From Alphaproteobacteria bacterium (GTDB lineage Bacteria; Pseudomonadota; Alphaproteobacteria; SP197), in assembly GCA_965228895.1 (NCBI GenBank), contig OZ245842.1, positions 288,001 to 352,000 on the forward strand: DNA of 64,000 bases. Direction: 5' to 3'. Position numbers and translations under genes: made by a program. Positions 1 through 10,579 of this stretch are shown here, in pieces. The notes beneath the pieces were generated by a model. It did no database searches. It was not told the origin of the DNA and worked only from the letters and a program-made list of their open reading frames with translations. Numbering within the stretch: position 1 is the first letter of the stretch; each line of letters starts with the position of its first letter.

Positions 1-319
1 CCAGGCTGCCTTCGAAGGTCAGGTTCAATCGGCTCAGGATGCCGACGCCCAGCGAGTGGCGAGCCAGCGGGTTCTTGATCACGATCGAACCATAGCCTTC
101 CGCCATCAGCGTCCGGATCTTCAGGTTGATCTCGGAGATTTCCATCTCGGCTGCGTCGACTTCGGCGCGTTTGTTGAAGTCGACATCCGGCGCCTCGGGA
201 TAGAGCAGGTTGTCGGACTCTTCGAGATCGAAGAACCGCTGCTGCGTGCGTCCGGTCAGCTGCTCGGTATGCAGCCCCATTTCATGGCTGACATGATCGT
301 CTGTTTCTAGCTTCGCCAT
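1..319 (-). CDS. GXGXG-motif glutamate synthase alpha C-terminal-like subunit (GlxC/MgsB-like), runs off the window start
   Basis: Not in the ORF track. Manual translation from ATG at 319 gives MAKLETDDHV...EINLKIRTLMAEGYGSIVIKNPLARHSLGVGILSRLNLTFEGSL. It overlaps the stop of the upstream amidotransferase. Confidence 0.75.
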   Translation of the reverse strand, partial: MAKLETDDHVSHEMGLHTEQLTGRTQQRFFDLEESDNLLYPEAPDVDFNKRAEVDAAEMEISEINLKIRTLMAEGYGSIVIKNPLARHSLGVGILSRLNLTFEGSL

Positions 320-1242
320 ACCCGAACCTCCCGGTCATAGGGGTCAATGGTGTCGATTTCCTGGGGCAGCACCTGGCGGATGGCGACCTCTTCCGACGCC
401 ATGGCGACGAGGTCGTCGCTTTCGTAGAGCACCATCGGCTTGGCGGCCATGACGTCCTTGGCCATGCCCAGGCTGTCGTTGGTCGCGACCAGATAGGTGA
501 ACACGCCGTCCAACTCGTCGACCGACTGGTTCATCGCGGTTTCCAGGTCGATGCCGGATTCCAGCTTGTCGGCCAGATAGACCGCGATCAGCTCGCTGTC
601 GCAGTTCGACTGGAAGCGGAACGATTTACGCTCCATCTCGCGGCGCATGATCCAGTAGTTGGTCAGCTGGCCGTTATGAACGACGGAGATGTCGTTATAG
701 GGATAGGCCCAATAGGGATGGGCGGAACGGATATCGACGTCCGATTCCGTCGCCATGCGGGTGTGGCCGATCGCATGCGTGCCCTTGAAGCCCTGCAGCT
801 TGTACTGATCGGCGACCGTCGTCGCGTCACCCAGATCCTTGATCAGCTCCAGCGCGTTGCCGAGCGACAGGATTTCGGTGCCTTCGACGTCCTCGACGAA
901 GTCAGCCATCTTGCGCATGTCGCCATCGAAGGTGAAGCGATAGCGGAAGGCGTACTCGGTGGCATCGACCATCTCGGTCACGTTGACACCCAGGTCCTTC
1001 AGGCGCTTGTCGACTTCGGCGCGCCGCTGCTTGACCTCGTCGTGGATCTGGAAGCCTTTTGCGAGGTCTTCCTGTTCGGCGACCATGAACCGCATGACAT
1101 ACTCGTTGCTGCCGGCCGAGCCATAGACCGCGAAACCCGTCGAATCCGGGCCGCGGTGCTTCAGCGACTGCAGCATGGCGGTCATCTCGGTGCCGATATC
1201 ACCCGCGCCGTTGCGGTGAATAATTCCGGCGATACCACACAT
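307..1242 (-). CDS. Class II (Ntn) glutamine amidotransferase, GlxB/MgsA-like
   Basis: N-terminal MCGIAG, HRGPDSTG, GHTRMATES and HNGQLTN motifs. Confidence 0.88.
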   Translation of the reverse strand: MCGIAGIIHRNGAGDIGTEMTAMLQSLKHRGPDSTGFAVYGSAGSNEYVMRFMVAEQEDLAKGFQIHDEVKQRRAEVDKRLKDLGVNVTEMVDATEYAFRYRFTFDGDMRKMADFVEDVEGTEILSLGNALELIKDLGDATTVADQYKLQGFKGTHAIGHTRMATESDVDIRSAHPYWAYPYNDISVVHNGQLTNYWIMRREMERKSFRFQSNCDSELIAVYLADKLESGIDLETAMNQSVDELDGVFTYLVATNDSLGMAKDVMAAKPMVLYESDDLVAMASEEVAIRQVLPQEIDTIDPYDREVRVWRS

Positions 1243-1320
1243 GGGTGTCGTCCTCCTTCTACGTTAAAGACGGCAACGGCGGCGGCGCCCATGGCCGCCG
1301 CCGTTGGTTCATCAGCCTTG

Positions 1321-2796
1321 TTAGGGCAGGCAATCCCAATAGGTCTCCAGGTCCCACTCGGTGACGGTGGCCATGAAGTTTTCCCATTCGTTGGTCTTGT
1401 AGTGCTTGTAGACCTTGTACATGTCGCCGGGCATGGCCGACTTGATGACGTCGTCGTTGTCGAGGGCTTTGAGTGCGTCGCCCAAAGACATCGGCAGCTT
1501 CTTAACGATCTTGCCTTCGTCCATGGCCTCGTAAATGTTCCGCTCTTCCGGTTCACCCGGATCGAGCTTCTTGGTGATGCCGTGGTCGAACGCCTGGATG
1601 ATGGCCGAGGCCATCAGGTAGGGGTTCACCATCGAGTCGACGGCACGGTACTCGAACCGGCCGGGTGCCGAGACGCGCATGCCGGTCGTGCGGTTCTGAT
1701 AACCCCAGTCGGCGAAGACCGGTGCCCAGAAACCGGTATCCCACAGACGGCGATAGCTGTTGACGGTCGGGCAGCCGATGGCGGTCAGGGCGTCGAGATG
1801 AGCCATGACGCCGCCGATCGCTTTGAGGCCGACCGGACCTGGCTTCTGCTTGTCCTTGCCCGACGGCAGGAACAGGTTGGTGCCGCCCTTGCGATAGCTG
1901 AAGTTCTCCTTCAGGCCCGGCAGGCTGTTGCCGTTGCCCAGTGAATTGACCTCGTCCTTACCGCCGGTCCACAGCGAGACGTTGTGATGGCAGCCATTGG
2001 CCGAGACACCCATGAACGGCTTCGACATGAAGCAGGCGATCAGGTTGTTTTCGCGCGCGACCTGGGCGCAGATCTGGCGATAGGTGCTCAACCGGTCGGC
2101 GGTCCTGAGCGCGTCGTCAAACTGGAAGTTCAGCTCAAGCTGGCCGGGCGCGTCCTCATGGTCGCCCTGGATCATGTCCAGGCCCATGGCGCGGCTGTAC
2201 TCGATCACCTTCATGAAGACCGGGCGCAGGCTCTCGAACTGATCGATGTGGTAGCAGTTCGGCTTGGAGAAACCGCCGTTCGGCAGGCCGTCCTCACCCT
2301 TCTTCAGCCACATCATTTCCGGCTCGGTGCCGTGGCGCAGATGCATGCCCTTGTGCTTCTTCTGGAAGTCGTCGTGGATGCGGCGCAGGTTGCCGCGGCA
2401 ATCGCCGGTAAAGAAGCCGCCGGGATCCTTCTTCTCTTCCCGGTTACGGAAACAGGTGACGTAGACGCGGGCAACGCGCTTGTCCCAGGGCAGCTGCACG
2501 AAAGTCTCGGGGTCGGGAATGCCGACCAGCTCCGAAGACTCCGGCCCGTAACCGATGTAGTGGCCGTAGCGATCGACATAGAGGTTGGCGACCGAGCCGT
2601 AGACCAACTGGAAACCCTTCTCGGCGATGGTCTCCCAGTGGTCCGCCGGCACGCCCTTGCCGACGATGCGGCCGGTGACCGAGATGAACTGGTAATAGAT
2701 ATAGTCGATGCCGAGCTGGTTGATCTTCTCGCGCACCTGTTTGACCTGAGTCGCGCGACCTCTTTTCCTTACATATTCCTCGATGGCCATGGCCAT
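1321..2796 (-). CDS. Glutamine synthetase-family ligase, probably gamma-glutamylmethylamide synthetase-like
   Basis: GS motifs GTEPEM, DHEDAPGQLE, FMSKPF..NGCHHNVS and FEYRAVD; located in a glx/mgs-type cluster. Confidence 0.8.
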   Translation of the reverse strand: MAMAIEEYVRKRGRATQVKQVREKINQLGIDYIYYQFISVTGRIVGKGVPADHWETIAEKGFQLVYGSVANLYVDRYGHYIGYGPESSELVGIPDPETFVQLPWDKRVARVYVTCFRNREEKKDPGGFFTGDCRGNLRRIHDDFQKKHKGMHLRHGTEPEMMWLKKGEDGLPNGGFSKPNCYHIDQFESLRPVFMKVIEYSRAMGLDMIQGDHEDAPGQLELNFQFDDALRTADRLSTYRQICAQVARENNLIACFMSKPFMGVSANGCHHNVSLWTGGKDEVNSLGNGNSLPGLKENFSYRKGGTNLFLPSGKDKQKPGPVGLKAIGGVMAHLDALTAIGCPTVNSYRRLWDTGFWAPVFADWGYQNRTTGMRVSAPGRFEYRAVDSMVNPYLMASAIIQAFDHGITKKLDPGEPEERNIYEAMDEGKIVKKLPMSLGDALKALDNDDVIKSAMPGDMYKVYKHYKTNEWENFMATVTEWDLETYWDCLP

Positions 2797-2909
2797 GGGT
2801 ACGTCTCCCCCTATGTTGCCTCAGTCAGTGTTGCCGGCCGCCGACATGGCGACGGATCGTTGGGAGCTTGGCGTGCCGCGCGACAACGAGTCAACGCGGC
2901 GCCGCGCGA

Positions 2910-4247
2910 TCAGCTCCAAGGAAACGGGCTGTGTGAAACCGGATGCAGTTTGCCCTCTGCATAACGTGAAAAACGGAACGGCTCGAGCAGCGCGCTCTTG
3001 TCGCCGACGACCTCACCGGCGACCAATTTTCCGATGCCGATCATCTTATAGCCGTGGTTCGAATCGGCGATGATGTGAACGTTGTCGCAGAACGTGTCGA
3101 TGACCGGAAAGCTGTCCGGCGTGAAGCAGCCCAGACCGCCGGACGGTTCTGTCTTCCATTTACCGATCTGGCCGGAAAAACGCTCCTGACAGGCAGCCAG
3201 CGCCGAACACCACATGTGGGCGAAGTCGTCGCCGACAATGAAGTCCGGGGAGTCCGGGCCATACGGGTCGACAGCGACCTCGTCGACCGGCGTCTCGACC
3301 TTGTAGGGCATGGCGCCGCCCTGAATGCCGTCGAAGTGGAAATCGGGCTTGTAGTAAATGCCCCACATCTCCTCGGTGATGACCGAGCCGTCGACATCGG
3401 AGTGCAGCGGCACATCGGTATCGACGTGGATCACCGGCGGCATGCCGCCATCGTTGGTCTTCTGAAAGTCCGGATCGACGCCCAGCACGCCTTCTTCCAG
3501 GCACCAGTATTTCCACATGCCGATGCCGTCATGCATCGTGCCGTCGGCGCCCTTGATCGAGACTTCCTTGGGCAGCTCCAGCATGTCCCAGATGTGTTTG
3601 ACCCAGGGACCGACACCGACGATGACCGCGTCGGTCTCGATGTCGCCCTTGTCGGTCTTAACCTTCGAGACGGCGGCGCCGCTGCGCTCGAACCCGGTGA
3701 CCTCGCAGCCGGTGATGATGCGGACATCTTCCGACTCCGCTTTGGTCGCCAGGCCATAAATCGACGACGTGTTGTTGGCGTAGCCGCCCTTCTTTTCGTG
3801 CAGCACCGAGGTGATGCCCGGCGCGCGCCAGTCACTCAGGATGTTTTTCATATAGGCCAGGCATTCATCCTGACCTTCAATGAAACTCGACTCGTAGCCG
3901 ATGGCCTGCTGCTGTGAATAGATCTGCGCGACATCCTCGTGCATCGACTCGCAGGAGATCTGCATGTAGCCGACCGGGTGGTAGTGGTAGGCCTCCGGGT
4001 CGCTCTCCCAGACCTCGACGCACTGCGCCATCAACTCGCGCATGGCCGGCTGGAAGTAGTTGTTGCGCACGACTCCGCACGCGATGCCGCTGGCGCCCGC
4101 CGCGATACCGGTTTTGTCCAGGACGACGATGTCCTTGCCGCTGCCTTTGCCGCGCGCCTTCAGCTCCAGCGCAAGGTGGTAGGCTGTGCTCAGACCGTGG
4201 ATACCGGCGCCAATGATTACGTATTTGGAACTGGTGGGAAACGCCAT
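2910..4247 (-). CDS. FAD-dependent oxidoreductase, sarcosine oxidase beta / N-methylglutamate dehydrogenase A-like
   Basis: VIIGAGIHG Rossmann motif, GASGIACGVVRNNY, C-terminal TPDSFP..HGYK. Start reassigned to ATG 4247 (MAFPTSS). Confidence 0.82.
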   Translation of the reverse strand: MAFPTSSKYVIIGAGIHGLSTAYHLALELKARGKGSGKDIVVLDKTGIAAGASGIACGVVRNNYFQPAMRELMAQCVEVWESDPEAYHYHPVGYMQISCESMHEDVAQIYSQQQAIGYESSFIEGQDECLAYMKNILSDWRAPGITSVLHEKKGGYANNTSSIYGLATKAESEDVRIITGCEVTGFERSGAAVSKVKTDKGDIETDAVIVGVGPWVKHIWDMLELPKEVSIKGADGTMHDGIGMWKYWCLEEGVLGVDPDFQKTNDGGMPPVIHVDTDVPLHSDVDGSVITEEMWGIYYKPDFHFDGIQGGAMPYKVETPVDEVAVDPYGPDSPDFIVGDDFAHMWCSALAACQERFSGQIGKWKTEPSGGLGCFTPDSFPVIDTFCDNVHIIADSNHGYKMIGIGKLVAGEVVGDKSALLEPFRFSRYAEGKLHPVSHSPFPWS

Positions 4248-4291
4248 GCTCGTCGACCCTTCGTTAGAGGACTCTGGTGCGTTTGACGACC

Positions 4292-4396
4292 ATTGGTCCA
4301 AATTGGCTAGATTGGCGGTTCGCCGCGGTGGAGCTTGACGTGGCCGCCATTTGCCCCGACCATGTGGTAATCCAATTCTAGTCCAATTGAACCAAT
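4292..4396. promoter_or_regulatory. Candidate GntR/FadR operator array in the divergent promoter region
   Basis: ATTGG at 4292, 4302 and 4311 is mirrored by CCAAT at 4372, 4383 and 4392; includes the palindrome TTGGTCCAA (4293-4301). Confidence 0.5.
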
Positions 4397-4425
4397 TTGC
4401 GCTAGCTAAGTCCGGTGGGAAAACG

Positions 4426-5166
4426 ATGTCAAGTGAAAGCGCGCCGTTCCGCCATGAGCTGACCGCCAACCGCGTTGAAGGCGCCCGCGAATTGCCCCTG
4501 CCGAGCTCGAAAAGCGCGGCGGCAATCGCCTCTCAATTGCGCCAGGCGATTTTGGACGGTGTCTACGTCAACGGCGAGCGCTTGCCGGCCGAGCGTCAGT
4601 TGGCGACGGCCCTGGCCAGCTCGCGCACCACGGTGCGCGAGGCGCTGCGCATCCTCGAGCACAGCAAGTTCGTCACCCGCCGGGTCGGCAGCGGCACGTT
4701 CGTGACCTTCCGGCCGGAGGCTGCGGAAGAAGACGTGGCCGAGGTCACCAGCCCGCTTGAACTGGTCGATGTGCGCCTCGCGGTCGAGCCCCACATGGTC
4801 AGGCTCGCCACCCTGCATGCGACGTTGCGCGACCTCGACCGCATCCGCGAGACGCTCGAGGCGCTCGATGATGCCGGCGAAAGCTCCGAAGCGTTCACCA
4901 AATGGGACCGCACGTTCCACCAGCTGGTCGCCGAGGCCACCCACAACCCGTTGATGATCTCGATCTACCGCCAGATCAACCATGTGCGCGGCCACCGCCA
5001 GTGGAACGCGATGAAGGACAAGGTGCTGACCGCCGAAAGTATCGACGCCTACAACCGCCAGCATCGGGCCCTCTTCGAGGCCCTGAAGGCGCGCGATGCA
5101 GACGCAGCGGTCGCGGTCGTCAACGAACATCTTGTTTCGGCGCGCCAGCAGCTCAGCGTCACCTGA
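4426..5166 (+). CDS. GntR family (FadR subfamily) transcriptional regulator
   Basis: wHTH RLPAERQLATALASSRTTVREAL..GSGTFV plus an FCD-like C-terminus (FHQLVAEATHN); start at ATG 4426. Confidence 0.9.
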   Translation: MSSESAPFRHELTANRVEGARELPLPSSKSAAAIASQLRQAILDGVYVNGERLPAERQLATALASSRTTVREALRILEHSKFVTRRVGSGTFVTFRPEAAEEDVAEVTSPLELVDVRLAVEPHMVRLATLHATLRDLDRIRETLEALDDAGESSEAFTKWDRTFHQLVAEATHNPLMISIYRQINHVRGHRQWNAMKDKVLTAESIDAYNRQHRALFEALKARDADAAVAVVNEHLVSARQQLSVT

Positions 5167-5345
5167 CCACCGTTCAGTCCACCGCGAATGGGGCTTGGCC
5201 ATAGGGCCGGCCAATGTACGATCTGAACGATTTCAGGCGCTTAGGACGACGGACACGGGCTATCAACACAATCTGTGGGTAACTCTGTAGACAGATGACC
5301 TGACATCATGGCGCGAGCGCAGGAATCCCGCTTGCGTGACGAGCT

Positions 5346-5362
5346 TGCCTAAAATTTAGGCA
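5346..5362. promoter_or_regulatory. Perfect palindrome TGCCTAAA-A-TTTAGGCA, resembling an NtrC-type binding site
   Basis: 17-bp dyad TGC-N11-GCA in an AT-rich patch between convergent genes. Confidence 0.35.
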
Positions 5363-5582
5363 TAATTGTCAACTCGTTGATTTAAAAGAATTAATCCGTA
5401 AATCATTGTGACGGTGGCTTGACCGACCAGCGACGGACCGCTTGACAGGCCGCACCAGTCGGCGGGTTGGAGCGCCTGTGCACAAGAGGCCGTTCAATGG
5501 CTCGATTGTGGCCTGAAACCCTTCGCTCTTGGCGATTTCGAACCACTTTTGGGCGGTTCGTGGCCGGGCCCGTCCCAAACGG

Positions 5583-5948
5583 CTAGGCGCCCGATTCGCG
5601 GTGGCGTGTCAGCTCGACCCCTGCCGCCGCCGCGTCGGCGATGGCAGCGGGCTTTTCGACACGGATCTGGACGGCGGTGACGCCCGGCTCGGCCAGGCAG
5701 GCTTCCGCCAAGCGATCGGCGAAGGTCTCGACCAGATCGATATGGCCGGCGTCCAGGATCGCCCGCGCATGGTCGACCGGGCGCCGGTAATCGACGACCT
5801 CACCGATATCGTCCTGCTCCGGGGGCTGGTCCTCGACGTCCAGGGTAATCGTGACAATCAGGTCTTGTGCCGTTTCACGCTCGTGATCCAGCACGCCGAT
5901 CGATGCGGTCAGTCTGAGGTCGCGCACGAAGATGCGGCGGGTGCCCAT
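5583..5948 (-). CDS. folB: Dihydroneopterin aldolase
   Basis: IFVRDLRLTASIGVLDHE..Q, VVDY, LVETFA, VEKP motifs. Confidence 0.9.
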   Translation of the reverse strand: MGTRRIFVRDLRLTASIGVLDHERETAQDLIVTITLDVEDQPPEQDDIGEVVDYRRPVDHARAILDAGHIDLVETFADRLAEACLAEPGVTAVQIRVEKPAAIADAAAAGVELTRHRESGA

Positions 5949-5951
5949 GGT

Positions 5952-6731
5952 TCAGCCCTCCAGGGGCCAGCCGCCCTTAAGGTGCGCCCAAGCCAGGTGC
6001 TGGCCGCCGTCGAGCGCGATGATCTGGCCGGTCATCGCGGGCGCATCGACGATGAAGCGCACGGCGTCAGCGATCTCCTGGGGCGTGGTGCCGCGCTGCA
6101 GGGGCTGGAGGCGTTCGGACTCCGCGAACTGTTCGTCGGTCTGGTTTGGGCTGGGCAGCGTGAAACCGGGACCGATGGCGTTGACCCGGATGTCGGGCGC
6201 CAGCGACAGCGCCCAAGCCTTCGTCATGCCATGCAGGGCCATCTTGCTGGTCGTGTAAGACGTGAAGAACGGCGTCGGGCTCAAGACCCGCTGGTCCAGG
6301 ATGTTGATGATGTTGGCCTTGGCCTCCGGTGGTCTCTGGTTGGCAAAGGCCTGGGCCAGAAACACCGGGGCACGCAGGTTGATGTCCATGTTGCGCTGCC
6401 AGGTCTCGCGCGTGATGGTGCCGATCTCGTCGCGGTCGAAGATTGCAGCGTTGTTGACCAGAAGGGTGAGCGGCCCGATGGCCTCGGCGGCGCGCGGCAC
6501 CAGGCTGTCGACCGCGTCGGGGTCGGTGAAATCGGCCTGAAGCGCGACGGCGGTGCCGCCGCTGGCGGTAATCTCGGCGGCCAGTTCCTCCGCACCACCG
6601 ACCGATGTGCTGTAGTGCAGCGCGACGGCCCAGCCGTGGGCCGCGAGATCGCGGGCGACGGCATGACCGATGCGTTTGCCGGCGCCGGTTACCAGGGCAG
6701 CGCCCGGCGTGCTTGTTGGTGTTTCTGTCAT
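5952..6731 (-). CDS. SDR oxidoreductase (pteridine reductase/FolM-like)
   Basis: TGAGKRIG, LVNNAA, YTTSK catalytic motif; directly upstream of folB. Confidence 0.85.
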   Translation of the reverse strand: MTETPTSTPGAALVTGAGKRIGHAVARDLAAHGWAVALHYSTSVGGAEELAAEITASGGTAVALQADFTDPDAVDSLVPRAAEAIGPLTLLVNNAAIFDRDEIGTITRETWQRNMDINLRAPVFLAQAFANQRPPEAKANIINILDQRVLSPTPFFTSYTTSKMALHGMTKAWALSLAPDIRVNAIGPGFTLPSPNQTDEQFAESERLQPLQRGTTPQEIADAVRFIVDAPAMTGQIIALDGGQHLAWAHLKGGWPLEG

Positions 6732-6780
6732 GGCGGGTACGGATAACGGCCAAGCCGCGCCGCGTCCAAGGGTTTCGCGG

Positions 6781-8433
6781 CTACCCTTCCTTAGGTGCCA
6801 GTTCGGCGCACAGGCGTTTAAGCTGCTCGGAGGCGTCGTTCTGGTCGAGCATGACCTCGATCAGGGCCGGCCGGTCGTCCAGGCCGAAGGCGGTTTGCAG
6901 GGCGGCTTCCAGCTCACCTTCGGTGCGCACCCTGACCCCCCAGCCGCCGCCGAACACCTCCGGCAGGCGATGGTTCTCCCAGCCCTGGATGTCGTTATAG
7001 GGGCCTTCGTGGATCAGTCTTTCGGCGGTATAGCCGTTGTTGTTCATCACGAAGATGATGGGGTTCAGGTTGTGGCGGATGATCGTGCTGAGCTCCTGCA
7101 CCGTCATCTGAAACGCGCCGTCGCCGATGAAACTCATGATCCGCCGGTTGGGCGCGGCAAGCTGGGCACCGAGCGTCGCGGGCAACGTGAAGCCGATCGA
7201 GAGATAGAAGGCCTGGCCCAGGAAACCGACATCGCGGTGCATGACCAGATCGGCCGCGCTGAACAGGGCATCGCCCGCGTCAGCAATGACGATGACATCG
7301 TCGCTGATCAGGTCGTTCATGCGCGAATAGAAACGCCTCACCGTGATGTCGGCGTCCGGTTTGACTGTGATCGCATGGTCGAGCGCATCGGACGCGGGGA
7401 TGAAGGGTCCGGATCTCAGCCCATTGTCGGGCATGCGTGCAGCAAGACCGCTGACGAGATCACCAAGCGCGACGGGCTCATAGAAGTGGTGGCGGATGCG
7501 CACGCGCCCGGAGTTGGCGTTCACCAGGCGGTCATCGTCGAGACGCGCGGTGTAGACGCCCAAATCCATCTCGCTCATCCAGGCGCCCAGGCACAGCAGG
7601 AGATCCGCGTCCTCGACGACGCTGCGCACCTCGGGCCGGCTCGCGACGCCCTCGTAGACTCCGACCGCCTGGGGATCGAGCTCGGAGATGACGGTCTTGC
7701 CGAGCAAGGTGGTGGCGACCGGCATGCCCGACTTGGCGACCAGTTCGTCGAACGCGTCGAGCAACTCATAGCGATGCAATTCGACGCCGGCCAGGATCAC
7801 AGGACGTTCGGCGGCGCTCAGCAGTTCCATGGCTTCGTCGGTCGCCTCGGCAAGGCTGGCCGGATCGCTTTCCGGCGCCGGCGGCGGCGTGAACGGGCCG
7901 GGCGCCCGGCACGGCAGATCGACCACATCGACCGGGATCTCGATCGAAACCGGCCGTTTCTGTGACAAGCACGCATGCAACACCGCGTCGATCTCGTCCG
8001 GCGCGGTTTCCGCGTCGCTCAGGTTGGCCGTCGCCACGGTGATGTGGCCGAACACGGCGTCCATGGTGGCGATGTCGCCGACGCTGTGATGCAGCAACAT
8101 GGCGGGATTGCGTAGATCGAGCCGCGGTCCGCCGGTAACGACGACCAGCGGTACCTGTTCCGCATAAGCGCCGGCAACCGCGTTGACCGCGCTGAAGCTG
8201 CCAACGCCATAGGTCACGCAAAGGGCGCCGATGCCATTCATACGGGCATAGGCGTCAGCCGCGTAGCCGGCGTTCAGCTCGTTGCACGTGCCGATCAGCT
8301 CAACGCCACCTTCCAGGATGCGGTCCATAAAGGTCAGCACATAATCGCCGGGCACACCGAAAACGTGGTCGATGCCCGCCTGCTTCAGGCGCTCGACGAG
8401 GTAGCGGCCGACTGTCATGGACGTGTCGTTCAT
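6781..8433 (-). CDS. ThDP-dependent alpha-keto acid decarboxylase (indolepyruvate/pyruvate decarboxylase family)
   Basis: FGVPGDY, CNELNAGYAADAYAR, LHH and the ThDP motif GDGAFQMT...NNNGY. Confidence 0.9.
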   Translation of the reverse strand: MNDTSMTVGRYLVERLKQAGIDHVFGVPGDYVLTFMDRILEGGVELIGTCNELNAGYAADAYARMNGIGALCVTYGVGSFSAVNAVAGAYAEQVPLVVVTGGPRLDLRNPAMLLHHSVGDIATMDAVFGHITVATANLSDAETAPDEIDAVLHACLSQKRPVSIEIPVDVVDLPCRAPGPFTPPPAPESDPASLAEATDEAMELLSAAERPVILAGVELHRYELLDAFDELVAKSGMPVATTLLGKTVISELDPQAVGVYEGVASRPEVRSVVEDADLLLCLGAWMSEMDLGVYTARLDDDRLVNANSGRVRIRHHFYEPVALGDLVSGLAARMPDNGLRSGPFIPASDALDHAITVKPDADITVRRFYSRMNDLISDDVIVIADAGDALFSAADLVMHRDVGFLGQAFYLSIGFTLPATLGAQLAAPNRRIMSFIGDGAFQMTVQELSTIIRHNLNPIIFVMNNNGYTAERLIHEGPYNDIQGWENHRLPEVFGGGWGVRVRTEGELEAALQTAFGLDDRPALIEVMLDQNDASEQLKRLCAELAPKEG

Positions 8434-8473
8434 CGTGACTCAACCCGTGTTGTGCCCACGCGTGGTTCGACCC

Positions 8474-10579
8474 TTAGGGCCCCTTCCGGCTCTTGCGCTT
8501 GCGACGGGGCTTGCGGTCATAGGCCGCCTGCGGGTTGTCCTTCAACCCGAGGTCGCTGGCTTCCAGGCGGCGGATCTCGTCGCGTAGCCTTGCGGCTTCC
8601 TCGAACTCCAGATCGGCGGCGGCGGTGCGCATCTGGGTCTCCAGTTCGGCCAGCACGGTCTTCAGGTCCTTGCCTTCCAGCTCCGCGGCACCGGCGACAC
8701 CGGTATCGACCGTGACGTAGTCGGCCTCGTAGACGCCCTGCATGATGTCGCCGATTTCCTTGCGGATCGATTCCGGCGTGATGCCGTGTTCGGTGTTCCA
8801 CGCTTCCTGTTTCTCGCGCCTGCGGTTGGTCTCGCCGATTGCCTTTTCCAAGGACTCCGTCATGTGGTCGGCATAGAGGATGACGCGGCCTTCGACGTTG
8901 CGCGCGGCGCGGCCGATGGTCTGGACCAGCGAGGTCTCCGACCGCAGGAAACCCTCCTTGTCCGCGTCCAGGATGGCGACCAGCGCGCATTCGGGAATGT
9001 CGAGGCCCTCGCGTAACAGGTTGATGCCGATCAGGACATCGAAGACGCCCAGGCGCAGGTCGCGGATAATCTCGATGCGCTCCAGCGTGTCGATATCCGA
9101 ATGCAGATAACGCACGCGAATGCCGGCTTCGTGCAGGTATTCGGTCAGGGCTTCGGCCATGCGTTTGGTGAGCGTCGTCACCAGCACCCGCTGGCCCTTG
9201 GCGGCGACCGCCTTGGCCTCGCCGATCAGATCGTCGACCTGGGTCGACGCGGGGCGGATGATGCACGGCGGGTCGATCAGGCCGGTCGGGCGAATAACCT
9301 GTTCGACGAAAACGCCACCGGTGCGCTGCATCTCCCACTTGCCGGGCGTCGCCGAGACATAGACGGTCTGCGGCCGCATGGCGTTCCATTCCTCGAACTT
9401 CAGCGGCCGGTTGTCGACGCAGCTCGGCAGACGGAAACCAAATTCGGACAGAGTCGATTTGCGGTTGAAGTCGCCGCGGAACATGCCGCCGACCTGGGGC
9501 ACGGCGACGTGGCTTTCGTCGACGAACAGCAGCGCGTTGTCGGGCAGGTATTCCATCAGGGTTGGCGGCGGTTCGCCCGGTGCGCGTCCGGTCAGATAGC
9601 GCGAGTAGTTCTCGATGCCCGCACACGATCCCGTCGCTTCCAGCATCTCCATGTCGAAGGTCGTGCGCTGCTCCAGGCGCTCGGCTTCCAGGAACTTGCC
9701 CTCGTCGCGGAACAGGGCGACCCGCTCCTTCATCTCCGCCTTGATCGACTTGATCGCCTGGTGGAGCGTCGGTTTGGGCGTCACGTAATGGCTGTTGGGA
9801 TAGATCGCGATGCGCGGCAGGCTCGCCATCTTCTCGCCGGTCAGGGGATCGAACTCGACGATTTCCTCGATCTCGTCGCCGAAGAAACCGATACGCCAGG
9901 CCCGGTCTTCCAGATGGGAGGCGAAGATTTCGACGCTGTCGCCGCGCACCCGGAAGGCGCCGCGCGCGAAGTTGCCGTCGTTGCGCCGGTACTGCAGTTC
10001 GACGAACTGCTTCAGCAGCGCATTGCGCTCGATGGCGAGGCCCGGCTCCAGGCTGATCGACATCTGGGCATAGGTCTCGACATCGCCGATGCCGTAGATG
10101 CAGGAGACGCTGGCGACGATCACGGTGTCGTCACGCTCCAGGATCGCCCGGGTCGCGGCGTGGCGCATCCGGTCGATCTGTTCGTTGATCGACGATTCCT
10201 TCTCGATATAGGTGTCGGAGCGCGGGACGTAGGCTTCCGGCTGGTAGTAGTCGTAGTAGGAGACGAAGTACTCTGCCGCGTTGTCGGCAAACAGGCTCTT
10301 CATCTCGCCGTAGAGCTGGGCAGCCAGCGTCTTGTTGGGCGCCAGGATCAGCGCCGGGCGCCCGGTCTTCTGGATCACCTGGGCCATGGTGAAGGTCTTG
10401 CCCGAGCCCGTCACGCCCAGCAGCACCTGGTCGCGCTCGCCGCGCGCCAGGCCCTCGACCAGTTCCTCGATGGCATTCGGCTGATCGCCGGCCGGCACGA
10501 AGTCGGTCGTCAGCGAAAATGGTGACGGCTCAACGGGTGCCGTGGGGTCGTTGCGGCGGTCGAGATGGGCAATGGTCAT
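8474..10579 (-). CDS. uvrB: Excinuclease ABC subunit B
   Basis: [18 protein letters not shown] beta-hairpin, DESH, C-terminal UVR motif FEEAARLRD. Confidence 0.98.
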   Translation of the reverse strand: MTIAHLDRRNDPTAPVEPSPFSLTTDFVPAGDQPNAIEELVEGLARGERDQVLLGVTGSGKTFTMAQVIQKTGRPALILAPNKTLAAQLYGEMKSLFADNAAEYFVSYYDYYQPEAYVPRSDTYIEKESSINEQIDRMRHAATRAILERDDTVIVASVSCIYGIGDVETYAQMSISLEPGLAIERNALLKQFVELQYRRNDGNFARGAFRVRGDSVEIFASHLEDRAWRIGFFGDEIEEIVEFDPLTGEKMASLPRIAIYPNSHYVTPKPTLHQAIKSIKAEMKERVALFRDEGKFLEAERLEQRTTFDMEMLEATGSCAGIENYSRYLTGRAPGEPPPTLMEYLPDNALLFVDESHVAVPQVGGMFRGDFNRKSTLSEFGFRLPSCVDNRPLKFEEWNAMRPQTVYVSATPGKWEMQRTGGVFVEQVIRPTGLIDPPCIIRPASTQVDDLIGEAKAVAAKGQRVLVTTLTKRMAEALTEYLHEAGIRVRYLHSDIDTLERIEIIRDLRLGVFDVLIGINLLREGLDIPECALVAILDADKEGFLRSETSLVQTIGRAARNVEGRVILYADHMTESLEKAIGETNRRREKQEAWNTEHGITPESIRKEIGDIMQGVYEADYVTVDTGVAGAAELEGKDLKTVLAELETQMRTAAADLEFEEAARLRDEIRRLEASDLGLKDNPQAAYDRKPRRKRKSRKGP

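Noticed and set aside
4341-4354. Sigma54 promoter TGGCCGCCATTTGC
   Set aside because: GG-to-GC spacing is 9 nt rather than the required 10
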